64,000 bases of DNA from the human T2T-CHM13v2.0 reference genome, Homo sapiens. How positions within the stretch are numbered: the first letter of the stretch is position 1; each line of letters begins with the position of its first letter. Shown one piece after another: positions 28,601 to 42,399 of this stretch. Location: NCBI RefSeq assembly GCF_009914755.1, contig NC_060933.1; one strand, given 5' to 3'. A program made the position numbers and the translations under genes. Below the pieces are notes generated by a model. It ran no database searches. It was not told the DNA's origin and saw nothing but the letters and a program-made list of their open reading frames with translations.

Positions 28601-30000
28601 CTTTCCATTCCATTCCATTCCATTGCAATCGAGTTGATTCCATTGCTTTGCATTCCATTCCATTCCATTCTATTCCGGATGATTCCATTCCATTGCATTC
28701 CATTCCGTTCCACTCCCCTGCACTCGGGTTGATTCCATTCCATTCCACTCCATTCCGTTACTTTCCATTCCATTCCATTGTATTCGGGTTAATTCCATTC
28801 CATTCCATTCCATTCCATTCCATTCCATTCCATTACAATCGAGTTGATTCCATTCCATTCCATTCCATTGCAGTCCTTTCCATTCCATTCCAATCGGGTT
28901 GATTCCATTCTATTAGTTTCCATTCCATTCCATTCCCTTCCATTCCACTCTGGTTGATTCCATTCCTTTCCATTCCACTCGAATACATTCCCTCCTATTC
29001 CACTCGGAACGATTCCATTCCATTCCATTCCATTCCATTCCATTCCATTCCATTCCATTTCGTTCCATTCCATTCTATTCCGTATCATTCCATTCCATTC
29101 CATTGCATTCCATTCCATTCCATTCCACTCGTGTTGATTCCATTCCTTTCCATTCCATTCGGTTTGAAGGCATTCCATTCCATTCCATTCCATTCCATTC
29201 CATTCCATTCCATTCCATTGTACTCTGGTTGATTGCATTCCATTGCATTCCATTCCATTCCATTCCGTTGCATTCCATTCCATTACATTCGGATTGATTC
29301 TATTCAACTCCCTTACATTCCATTACATTCCATTCCATTCGTGTTGTTCCATTCCATTCCATTCCATTCCACTCCATTCCATTGCACTCGGGTTGATTTC
29401 ATTCCATTCCATTCCATTCCATTCCATTCCATTCCGGATGATTCCATTCCATTGCATTCCGTTCCATTACATTCCCCTTCACTCGCGTTGATTCCATTCC
29501 ATTCCATTCAATTCCATTCCATTACAATTCGTTACATTCCATTCTATTCCGTACCATTCCATTCCATTCCATACCATTCCATTCCATTCCATTCCATTCC
29601 ATTCCGTTCCATTCCGTTCCATTGCATTCCATTCCATTCTATTCGTGTTCATTCCATTCCATTCCATTCCATTCTATTCCATTCCATTTCAATCGAGTTG
29701 AATCCATTGCATTTCATTCCATTCCATTCCATTCCATTCCATTCCGGAAGATTCCATTCCATTGCATTCCATTCCATTCCATTCCCCTGCACTCGCGTTG
29801 ATTCCATTCCATTCCATTCCATTCCATTCCGTTCCGTTCCATTCCATTCCATTCCATTCCATTCCATTCCATTCCATTCCGTTCCTTTCCATTCCATTCC
29901 ATTCCATTCTATTCGGGTTAATTCCATTCCATTCCATTCGATTGCAATCGAGTTGATTCCATTCCATTGCATTCCATTCCATTCCATTCCATTCGATTGC

Positions 30001-30200
30001 ACTCGGGTTGATTCCATTCCATTGCATTCCATTCCATTCGGGTAGTTTCCACTCCATTCCATTCCATTCCTCTCCATTCCATTGCACTCGGGTTGATTCC
30101 ATTCCATTGCATTCCATTCCATTCGGGTACTTTCCACTCCATTCCATTCCATTCCTCTCCATTCCATTGCACTCGGGTTGATTCCATTCCATTGCATTCC
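30001..30200 (+). repeat. 85-bp tandem duplication (2 copies plus a partial third)
   Basis: ACTCGGGTTG at 30001, 30086 and 30171. The first two units both carry GGGTA(G/C)TTTCCACTCC...CCTCTCC. Confidence 0.88.
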
Positions 30201-31469
30201 ATTCCATTCCATTCAATTCCATTCCGTTCCATTCCATTCCATTACATTCGGATTGATTCTATTCAACTCCCTTACCCTCCATTACATTCCATTCCATTCG
30301 GGTTGTTCCATTCCATTCCATTCCATTCCACTCCATTCCATTGCACTCGGGTTTATTCCATTCCATTCCATTCCATTCCATTCCATTCCATTCCATTCCG
30401 GAAGATTCCATTCCATTGCATTCCATTCCATTCCTTTCCCCTGCACTCGCGTTGATTCCATTCCATTCCTTTCCATTCCATTCCTTTCCGTTCCATTCCA
30501 TTCCATTCCATTCCATTCCATTCGGTTCCGTTCCGTTCCGTTCCATTCCATTCCATTCTATTCGGGTTAATTCCATTCCATTCCATTCGACTGCAATCGA
30601 GTTGATTCCATTCCATTCCATTCCATTCCATTCCATTCCATTCCATTCTTTCCATTCCATTCAAGTTGAATCCATTCCATTGCATTCCATTCCATTCCAT
30701 TCCCCTGCAGTCGGGTTGATTCCATTCCATTCCATTCCATTCCATTCCATTCCATTCCATTCCGTTCCGTTCCGTTCCGTTCCGTTCCATTCCATTCCAT
30801 TCCATTCTATTCGGGTTAATTCCATTCCATTCCATTCCATTCCATTCCATTCCAATCGAGTTGATTCCATTCCATTCCATTCCATTCCATTCCACTCCAT
30901 TCCAGTCCTTTCCATTCCATTCCACTCGGGTTGATTCCAATGTATTCCTTTCCATTCCATTGCATTCCATTGCAATCGAGTTGATTCCATTGCTTTGCTT
31001 TCCATTCCATTCCATTCCATTCCGGATGATTCCATTCCATTGCATTCCATTCCATTCCATTCCCCTGCACTCGGGTTGATTCTATTCCATTCCATTCCGT
31101 TCCGTTCCATTCCATTCCATTCCATTCTATTCGGGTTAATTCCATTCCATTCCATTCGATTGCAATCGTGTTGATTCCATTCCATTCCATTCTATTCTAT
31201 TCCATCCCATTCCATTCCTTTCCATTCCATTACGGATGATTCCATTCCATTGCATTCCATTCCATTCCATTCCCCTGTACTCGGGTTGATTCCATTCCAT
31301 TGCATTCCAATCCATGCCTTTCCACTTGTGTACATTCCATTCTTTCCATTCCATTCAAGTTGAATCCATTCCATTGCATTCCATTCCATTCGATTCCATT
31401 CGATTGCACTCGGGTTGATTCCATTCCATTGCATTCCATTCCATTCCATTCCGTTCCATTCCATTCCAT

Positions 31470-32240
31470 TACATTCGGATTGATTCTATTCAATTTCCTT
31501 ACACTCCATTACATTCCATTCCATTCGGGTAGTTTCCATTCCATTCCATTCCATTCCTCTCCATTCCATTGCACTCGGGTTGATTCCATTCCATTGCATT
31601 CCATTCCATTCCATTCAATTCCATTCCGTTTCATTCCATTCCATTACATTCGGATTGATTCTATTCAACTCCGTTACTCTCCATTACATTCCATTCCATT
31701 CGGGCTGTTCCATTCCATTCCATTCCATTCCACTCCATTCCATTGCACTCGGGTTTATTCCATTCCATTCCATTCCATTCCATTCCATTCCATTCCATTC
31801 CATTCCGGAAGATTCCATTCCATTGCATTCCATTCCATTCCATTCCCCTGCACTCGCGTTGATTCCATTCCATTCCATTCCATTCCATTCCATTCCATTC
31901 CGTTCCGTTCCGTTCCATTACATTCGGATTGATTCTATTCAATTCCCTTACACTCCATTACATTCCATTCCATTCGGGTAGTTTCCATTCCATTCCATTC
32001 CATTCCTCTCCATTCCATTGCACTCGGGTTGATTCCATTCCATTGCATTCCATTCCATTCCATTCAATTCCATTCCGTTTCATTCCATTCTATTACATTC
32101 GGATTGATTCTATTCAACTCCCCTACTCTCCATTCCATTCCATTCCATTCGGGCTGTTCCATTCCATTCCATTCCATTCCACTCCATTCCATTGCACTCG
32201 GGTTTATTCCATTCCATTCCATTCCATTCCATTCCATTCA
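31470..32240 (+). repeat. 449-bp-offset tandem duplication (second copy partial)
   Basis: CCGTTTCATT at 31626 and 32075; GGGCTGTTCC at 31702 and 32151; CGGATTGATT at 31476 and 31925. Confidence 0.8.
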
Positions 32241-33129
32241 ATTCCATTCCATTACAATTCGTTTCATTCCATTCTATTCCGTACCATTCCATTCCATTCC
32301 ATACCATTCCATTCCATTCCATTCCATTCCATTCCGTTCCATTCCGTTCCATTCCATTCCATTCCATTCTATTCGGATTAATTCCATTCCGTTCCATTCC
32401 ATTCCATTCTATTCCATTCCATTGCAATCGACTGGAATCCATTGCATTTCATTCCATTCCATTCCATTCCATTCCATTCCGTAAGATTCCATTCCATTCC
32501 ATTCCATTCCATTCCCTTCCGTTCCATTCCATTCAATTCCATTCCATTCCATTCCATTCCATTCCGTTCCGTTCCGTTCCATTCCATTCCATTCCATTCT
32601 ATTCGGGTTAATTCCATTCCATTCCATTCGATTGCAATCGACTTGATTCCATTCCATTCCATTCCATTCCATTCCATTCCTTTCCATTCCATTCCATTCC
32701 TTTCCATTCCATTACGGATGATTCCATTCCATTGCATTCCATTCCATTCCATTCCCCTCTACTCGGGTTGATTCCATTCCATTCCATTCCAATCCATGCC
32801 CTTCCACTCGTGTTGATTCCATTCTTTCCATTCCATTCAAGTTGAATCCATTCCATTGCATTCCATTCCATTCGATTCCATTCGATTGCACTCGGGTTGA
32901 TTCCATTCCATTGCATTCCATTCCATTCCATTCCATTCCATTCCATTCCGTTCCATTCCATTCCATTACATTCGGATTGATTCTATTCAATTCCCTTACA
33001 CTCCATTACATTCCATTCCATTCGGGTAGTTTCCATTGCATTCCATTCCATTCCTCTCCATTCCATTGCACTCGGGTTGATTCCATTCCATTGCATTCCA
33101 TTCCATTCCATTCAATTCCATTCCATTCC

Positions 33130-36100
33130 ATTCCATTCCATGCCATTCCGTTCCGTTCTGCTCCGTTCCGTTCCATTCCATTCCATTCCATTCTATTCGG
33201 GTTAATTCCTTTCCATTCCATTCGATTGCAATCGATTTGATTCCATACCATTCCATTCCATTCCATTCCATTCCTTTCCATTCCATTACGGATGATTCCA
33301 TTCCATTGCATTCCATTCCATTCCATTCCCCTGTACTCGGGTTGATTCCATTCCATTCCATTCCAATCCATGCCATTCCACTCGTGTTGATTCCATTCTT
33401 TCCATTCCATTCAAGTTGAATCCATTCCATTGCATTCCATTCCATTCCATTCCCCTGCAGTCGGGTTGATTCCATTCCATTCCATTCCATTCCATTCCGT
33501 TCCGTTCCGTTCCATTCCATTCCATTCCATTCCATTCTATTCGGGTTAATTCCATTCCATTCCATTCCATTCCATTCCATTCCAATCGAGTTGATTCCAT
33601 TCCATTCCATTCCATTCCATTCCACTCCATTCCAGTCCTTTCCATTCCATTCCACTCGGGTTGATTCCAATGTATTCCTTTCCATTCCATTCCATTCCAT
33701 TGCAATCGAGTTGATTCCATTGCTTTGCATTCCATTCCATTCCGGATGATTCCATTCCATTGCATTCCATTCCATTCCATTCCCCTGCACTCGGGTTGAT
33801 TCCATTCCATTCCACTCCATTCCGTTCCATTCCATTCCATTCCATTGTATTCGGGTTAATTCCATTCCATTCCATTCCATTCCATTCCATTCCATCACAA
33901 TCGAGTTGGTTCCATTCCATTCCATTCCATTCCATTCCATTCCATTCTATTTCATTCCATTCCGGATGATTCCATTCCATTACATTCCGTTCCATTACAT
34001 TCCCCTGCACTCGGGTTGATTCCATTCCATTCCATTCCATTCCATTCGATTCTATTCCATTCCAATTCTTTCCATTCCATTCTATTCCGTACCATTCCAT
34101 TCCATTCCATACCATTCCATTCCATTCCATTCCATGCCATTCCATTCCGTTCCGTTCCGTTCCGTTCCGTTCCATTCCATTCCATTCCATTTTATTCGGG
34201 TTAATTCCATTCCATTCCATTCCATTCCATTCCATTCCATTCCATTCCATTCCATTGTATTCCATTCCATTGCAATCGAGTTGAATCCATTGCATTCCAT
34301 TCCATTCCATTCCGGAAGAATCCATTCCTTTCCATTCCATTCCATTCCATTCCATTCCATTCCGTTCCGTTCCATTCCATTCCATTCCATTCCATTCCAT
34401 TCCATTCCGTTCCGTTCCATTCCATTCCATTCCATTCTATTCGGGTTAATTCCATTCCATTCCATTCGATTGCAATCGTGTTGATTCCATTCCATTCCCT
34501 TCCATTCCAATCCATTCCATTCCATTGCTTTCCATTCCATTACGGATGATTCCATTCCATTGCATTCCATTCCATTCCATTCCCCTGTACTCGGGTTGTT
34601 TCCATTCCATTGCATTCCAATCCATGTCCTTCCACTCGTGTTGATTCCATTCTTTCCATTCCATTCAAGTTGAATCCATTCCATTGCATTCCATTCAATT
34701 CGATTCCATTCGATTGCACTCGGGTTGATTCCATTCCATTGCATTCCATTCCATTCCATTCCATTCCATTCCATTCCATTCCGTTCCATTCCATTCCATT
34801 ACATTCGGATTGATTCTATTCAATTCCCTTACACTCCATTACATTCCATTCCATTCGGGTAGTTTCCATTCCATTCCATTCCATTCCTCTCCATTCCATT
34901 GCACTCGGGTTGATTCCATTCCATTGCATTCCATTCCATTCCATTCAATTCCATTCCGTTCCATTCCATTCCATTCCATTCGGATTGATTCTATTCAACT
35001 CCCTTACTCTCCATTACATTCCATTGCATTCGGGTTGTTCCATACCATTCCATTCCATTCCACTCCATTCCATTGCACTCGGGTTTATTCCATTCCATTC
35101 CTTTCCATTCCATTCCATTCCGGAATATTCCATTCCATTGCATTCCATTCCATTCCATTCCCCTGCACTCGCGTTCATTCCATTCCATTCCATTCCATTC
35201 CATTCCATTCCATTCCATTCCTTTCCGTTCCATTCCATTCCATTCCATTCCATTCCATTCCATGCCATTACATTCGGATTGATTCTATTCAACTCCCTTA
35301 CTCTCCATTACATTCGATTCCATTTGGGTTGTTCCATTCCATTCCATTCCATTCCACTCCATTCCATTGCACTCGGGTTGATTCCATTCCATTCCATTCC
35401 ATTCCATTCCGGAAGATTCCATTCCATTGCATTCCACTACATTCCATTCCCCTACACTCGCGTTGATTCCATTCCATTCCATTCCATTCCATTCCATTCC
35501 GTTCCGTTCCATTCCATTCCATTCCATTCCATTCCATTCCGTTCCGTTCCGTTCCGTTCCATTCCATTCCATTCCATTCTATTCGGGTTAATTCCATTCC
35601 ATTCCATTCTATTGCAATCCTGTTGATTCCATTCCATTGCATTCCATTCCATTCCATTCCATTCCTTTCCATTCCATTACGGATGGTTCCATTCCATTGC
35701 ATTCCATTCCATTCCATTCCCCTGTACTCGGGTTGATTCCATTCCATTGCATTCCAATCCATGCCATTCCACTCGTGTTGGTTCCATTCTTTCCATTCCA
35801 TTCAAGTTGAATCCATTCCATTGCATTCCATTCCATTCGATTCCATTCGATTGCACTCAGGTTGATTCCATTCCATTGCATTCCATTCCATTCCATTGCA
35901 TTCCATTCCATTCCATTCCGTTCCATTCCATTCCATTACATTCGGATTGATTCTATTCAATTCCATTACACTCCAATACATTCCATTCCATTCGGGTAGT
36001 TTCCATTCCATTCCATTCCATTCCTCTCCTTTCCATTGCACTCGGGTTGATTCCATTCCATTGCATTCCATTCCATTCCATTCAATTCCATTCCGTTCCA

Positions 36101-39100
36101 TTCCATTCCATTACATTCGGATTGATTCTATTCAACTCCCTTACTCTCCATTACATTCCATTCCATTCGGGTTGTTCCATTCCATTCCATTCCATTCCTC
36201 TCCATTGCATTGCACTGGGGTTTATTCCATTCCATTTCATTCCATTCCATTATATTCCATTCCATTCCAGAAGATTCCATTCCATTGCATTCCATTCCAT
36301 TCCATTCCCCTGCACTCGCGTTCATTCCATTCCATTCCATTCCATTCCATTCCATTCCATTCCATTCCATTCCTTTCCGTTCCATTCCATTCCATTCCAT
36401 TCCATGCCGTTCCGTTCCGTTCCGCTCCGTTCCATTCCATTCCATTCCATTCCATTCTATTCGGGTTAATTCCATTCCATTCCATTCGATTGCAATCGAT
36501 TTGATTCCATTCCATTCTATTCCATTCCATTCCATTCCTTTCCATTCCATTACGGATGATTCCATTCCATTGCATTCCATTCCATTCCATTCCCCTGTAC
36601 TCGGGTTCATTCCATTCCATTCCATTCCAATCCATGCCATTCCACTCGTGTTGATTCCATTCTTTCCATTCCATTCAAGTTGAATCCATTCCATTGCATT
36701 CCATTCCATTCCATTCCCCTGCAGTCGGGTTGATTCCATTCCATTCAATTCCATTCCATTCCATTCCATTCCATTCCATTCCGTTCCGTTCCGTTCCATT
36801 CCATTCCATTCCATTCCATTCTATTCGGGTTAATTCCATTCCATTCCATTCCATTCCATTCCATTCCAATCGAGTTGATTCCATTCCATTCCATTCCATT
36901 CCATTCCACTCCATTCCAGTCCTTTCCATTCCATTCCACTCGGGTTGATTCCAATGTATTCCTTTCCATTCCATTCCATTCCATTGCAATCGAGTTGATT
37001 CCATTGCTTTGCATTCCATTCCATTCCGGATGATTCCATTCCATTGCATTCCATTCCATTCCATTCCCCTGCACTCGGGTTGATTCCATTCCATTCCACT
37101 CCATTCCGTTCCATTCCATTCCATTCCATTGTATTCGGGTTAATTCCATTCCATTCCATTCCATTCCATTCCATTCCATTCCATCACAATCGAGTTTGTT
37201 CCATTCCATTCCATTCCATTCCATTCCATTCTATTCCATTCCATTCCGGATGATTCCATTCCATTACATTCCGTTCCATTACATTCCCCTGCACTCGGGT
37301 TGATTCCATTCCATTCCATTCCATTCCATTGGATTCCATTCCATTCCAATTCTTTCCATTGCATTCTATTCCGTAGCATTCCATTCCATTCCATACCATT
37401 CCATTCCATTCCATTCCATTCCATTCCATTCCGTTCCGTTCCGTTCCGTTCCGTTCCATTCCATTCCATTCCATTTTATTCGGGTTAATTCCATTCCATT
37501 CCATTCCATTCCATTCTATTCTATTCCATTGCAATCGAGTTGAATCCATTGCATTCCATTCTATTCCATTCCGGAAGAATCCATTCCTTTCCATTCCATT
37601 CCATTCCATTCCATTCCATTCCATTCCGTTCCGTTCCATTCCATTCCATTCCATTCCATTCCATTCCGTTCCGTTCCATTCCATTCCATTCCATTCTATT
37701 CGGGTTAATTCCATTCCATTCCATTCGATTGCAATCGTGTTGATTCCATTCCATTCCATTCCATTCCATTCCATTCCATTCCTTTCCATTCCATTACGGA
37801 TGATTCCATTCCATTGCATTCCATTCCATTCCATTCCCCTGTACTCGGGTTGTTTCCATTCCATTGCATTCCAATCCATGTCCTTCCACTCGTGTTGATT
37901 CCATTCTTTCCATTCCATTCAAGTTGAATCCATTCCATTGCATTCCATTCAATTCGATTCCATTCGATTGCACTCGGGTTGATTCCATTCCATTGCATTC
38001 CATTCCATTCCATTACATTCCATTCCATTCCGTTCCATTCCATTCCATTACATTCGGATTGATTCTATTCAAGTCCCTTACTCTCCATTACATTCCATTC
38101 CATTCGGGTTGTTCTATTCCATTCCATTCCATTCCACTCCATTCCATTGCACTCGGGTTGATTCCATTCCATTCCATTCCATTCCATTCCATTCCGGATG
38201 ATTCCATTGCATTGCATTCCGTTCCATTACATTCCCCTGCACTCGCGTTGATTACATTCCATTCCATTCCATTCCATTCAATTCCATTCCATTACAATTC
38301 GTTCCATTCCATTCTATTCCGTACCATTCCATTCCATTCCATACCATTCCATTCCATTCCATTCCATTCCATTCCATTCCATTCCATTCCGTTCCATTCC
38401 GTTGCATTCCATTCCATTCCATTCTATTCGGGTTATTCCCATTCCACTCCATTCCATTCCATTCTATTCCATTCCATTGCAATCGAGTTGAGTCCATTGC
38501 ATTTCATTCCATTCCATTCCATTCCATTCCGGAAGATTCCATTCCATTGCATTCCATTACATTCCAATCCCCTACACTCGCGTTGATTCCATTCCATTCC
38601 ATTCCATTCCATTCCATTCCATTCCGTTCCGTTCCGTTCCGTTCCATTCCATTCCATTCCATTCCATTCCATTCCGTTCCGTTCCATTCCATTCCATTCC
38701 ATTCTATTCGGGTTAATTCCATTCCATTTCATTCGATTGCAATCGTGTTGATTCCATTCCATTCCATTCCATTCCATTCCATTCCATTCCATTCCATTCC
38801 TTTCCATTCCATTACGGATGATTCCTTTCCATTGCATTCCATTCCATTCCACTCCCCTGTACTCGAGTTGATTCCATTCCATTGCATTCCAATGCATGCC
38901 CTTCCACTCGTGTTGACTCCATTCTTTCCGTTCCATTCAATTTGAATCCATTCCATTGCATTCCATTCCATTCGATTCCATTCGATTGCACTCGGGTTGA
39001 ATCAATTCTATTGCATTCCATTCCATTCCATTCCATTCCATTCCATTCCGTTCCATTGTACTCGGGTTGATTCCATTCCATTGCATTCCATTCCATTCCA

Positions 39101-39500
39101 TTCAATTCCATTCCGTTCCATTCCATTCCATTACATTCGGATTGACTCTATTCAACTCCCTTACTCTCCATTATATTCCATTCCATTCGGGTTGTTCCAT
39201 TCCATTCCATTCCATTCCACTCCATTCCATTGCACTCGGGTTTATTCCATTCCATTCTATTCCATTCCATTCCATTCCATTCCGGAACATTCCATTCCAT
39301 TGCATTCCATTCCATTCCATTCCCCTGCACTCGCGTTGATTCCATTCCATTCCATTCCATTACATTCCATTCCATTCCATTCCATTCCTTTCCGTTCCAT
39401 TCCATTCCATTCCATTCCATTCCATTCCATTCCGTTCCGTTCCGTTCCATTCCGTTCCGTTCCATTCCATTCCATTCCATTCTATTCCGGTTAATTCCAT
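33130..39500 (+). repeat. Two diverged tandem copies of an approximately 3.26-kb unit
   Basis: Paired rare markers: GCAATCGATTTG 33228/36492; CCATCACAATCG 33892/37181; TTTTATTCGGG 34190/37475; CCGGAAGAATCC 34312/37571; GGGTTGTTTCC 34593/37847; CCCCTACACTCGCG 35449/38569. The right boundary is approximate. Confidence 0.82.
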
Positions 39501-39639
39501 TCCATTCCATTCGATTGCAATCGAGTTGATTCCATTCCATTGCATTCCATTCCATTCCATTCCATTCCTTTCCATTCCATTACGGATGATTCCATTCCAT
39601 TGCATTCCATTCCATTCCATTCCCCTGTACTCGGGTTGA

Positions 39640-40650
39640 TTCCATTCCATTCCATTCCAATCCATGCCATTCCACTCGTGTTGATTCCATTCTTTCCATT
39701 CCATTCAAGTTGAATCCATTCCATTGCATTCCATTCCATTGGATTCCATTCGATTGCACTCGGGTTGATTCCATTCCATTCCATTCCATTCCATTCCATT
39801 CCGTTCCATTCCATTCCATTCCATTCCATTCCGATCCATTCCACTCTGTTCCGTTACGTTCCATTCCATTCCATTCCATTCTATTCTGGTTAATTCCATT
39901 CCATTCCATTCGATTGCAATCGAGTTGATTCCATTCCATTCCATTCCATTCCATTCCATTCCATTCCTTTCCATTCCATTACGGATGATTCCATTCCATT
40001 GCATTCCATTCCATTCCATTCCCCTGTACTCGGGTTGATTCCATTCCATTCCATTCCAATCCATGCCATTCCCCTGTACTCGGGTTGATTCCATTCCATT
40101 CCATTCCAATCCATGCCACTCCCCTCGTGTTGATTCCATTCTTTCCATTCCATTCAAGTTGAATCCATTCCATTGCATTCCATTCCATTGGATTCCATTC
40201 GATTGCACTCGGGTTGATTCCATTCCATTCCATTCCATTCCATTCCATTCCGTTCCATTCCATTCCATTCCATTCCATTCCGATCCATTCCACTCTGTTC
40301 CGTTCCGTTCCATTCCATTCCATTCCATTCCATTCGGGTTAATTCCATTCCATTCCATTCGATTGCAATCGAGTTGATTCCATTCCATTCTATTCCATTC
40401 CATTCCATTCCTTTCCATTCCATTACGGATGATTCCATTCCATTGCATTCCATTCCATTCCATTCCCCTGTACTCGGGTTGATTCCATTCCATTCCATTC
40501 CAATCCATGCCACTCCACTCGTGTTGATTCCATTCTTTCCATTCCATTCAAGTTGAATCCATTCCATTGCATTCCATTCCATTGGATTCCATTCGATTGC
40601 ACTCGGGTTGATTCCATTCCATTCCATTCCATTCCATTCCATTCCATTCC
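39640..40650 (+). repeat. Approximately 0.4-kb tandem repeat (offsets 449 and 394 bp) with a nested 50-bp duplication at 40021-40120
   Basis: CCATTGGATTCC at 39736, 40185 and 40579. CCGATCCATTCCACTCTGTT at 39831 and 40280. CCCCTGTACTCGGG...CAATCCATGCCA at 40021 and 40071. Confidence 0.85.
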
Positions 40651-42399
40651 ATTCCGTTCCTTTCCATTCCATTCCATTCCATTCTATTCGGGTTAATTCC
40701 ATTCCATTCCATTCCATTCCATTACAATCGAGTTGATTCCATTCCATTCCATTCCATTCCATTCCACTCCATTCCAGTCCTTTCCATTCCATTCCACTCG
40801 GGTTGATTCCATTGTATTCCTTTCCATTCTATTCCATTCCATTGCAATCGAGTTGATTCCATTGCTTTGCATTCCATTCCATTCCATTCCATTCCGGATG
40901 ATTCCATTCCATTGCATTCCATTCCATTCCATTCCCCTGCACTCGGGTTGGTTCCATTCCATTCCATTCCATTCCATTCTATTCCATTCCATTCGATTCG
41001 ATTCCAGTCGATTCATTCCATTCCAATTCTTTCCATTCAATTCTATTCTGTACCATTCCATTCCATTCCATACAATTCCATTCCATTCCATTCCATTCCA
41101 TTCCATTCCATTCCATTCGGTTCCGTTCCGTTCCGTTCCATTCCTTACCATTCCATTCCATTCTATTCGGGTTAATTCCATTCCATTCCATTCCATTCCA
41201 TTCCATTCTATTCCATTTCATTGCAATCGAGTTGAATCCATTGCATTCCATTCCATTCCATTCAATTCCATTCCATTCCATTCCTTTACATTCCATTACG
41301 GATGATTCCATTCCATTGCATTACATTGCATTCCATTCCCCTGTACTCGGGTTGATTCCATTCCATTCCTTTCCATTCCATTCGATTCCATTCCATTCCC
41401 CTGCACTCGCGTTGATTCTATTCCATTCCATTCCATTCCATTCCATTCCTATCCTTTCCATTCCATTCCATTCCATTCCGTTCCGTTCCATTCCATTCCA
41501 TTCCATTCTATTCGGGTTAATTCCATTCCATTCCATTCGATTGCAATCGAGTTGATTCCATTCCATTCCATTCCATTCCATTCCATTCCATTCCAGTCCT
41601 TTCCATTCCTTTCCATTCCATTACTGATGATTCCATTCCATTGCATTCCATTCCATTCCATTCCCCTGTACTCGGGTTGATTCCATTCCATTCCATTCCA
41701 ATCCATGCCATTCCACTCGTGTTGATTCCATTCTTTCCTTTCCATTCAAGTTGAATCCATTCCATTGCATTCCATTCCATTCGATTCCATTCGATTGCAC
41801 TCGGGTTGATTCCATTCCATTTCATTCCATTCCATTCCATTCCATTCCATTCCGTTCCATTCCATTTCATTACATTCAGATTGATTCTATTCAATTCCCT
41901 TACACTCCATTATATTCCAATCCATTCTGGTTGTTTCCATTCCATTCCATTCCATTTCACTCCATTCCATTGCACTCGGGTTGATTCCATTCCATTCCAT
42001 TCCATTGCATTCCATTCCATTCCATTCCGGATGATTCCATTCCATTGCATTCCATTCCATTCCATTCCCCTGCACTCGGGTTGATTCCATTCCATTCCAT
42101 TCCATTACATTCCGTTCCATTCCATTCCATTCCATACGGATTGATTCTATTCAATTCCCTTACACTCTATTACATTCCATTCCATTCGGGTAGTTTCCAT
42201 TCCATTCCATTCCATTCCTCTCTATTCCATTGCACTCGGGTTGATTCCATTCCATTCCATTCCATTCCATTCCATTACATTACATTCCATTCCATTCCGT
42301 TCCATTGTACTCGGGTTGATTCCATTCCATTGCATTCCATTCCATTCCATTCCATTCCATTCCATTCCATTCCATTCCATTCAATTCCGTTCCATTCCA

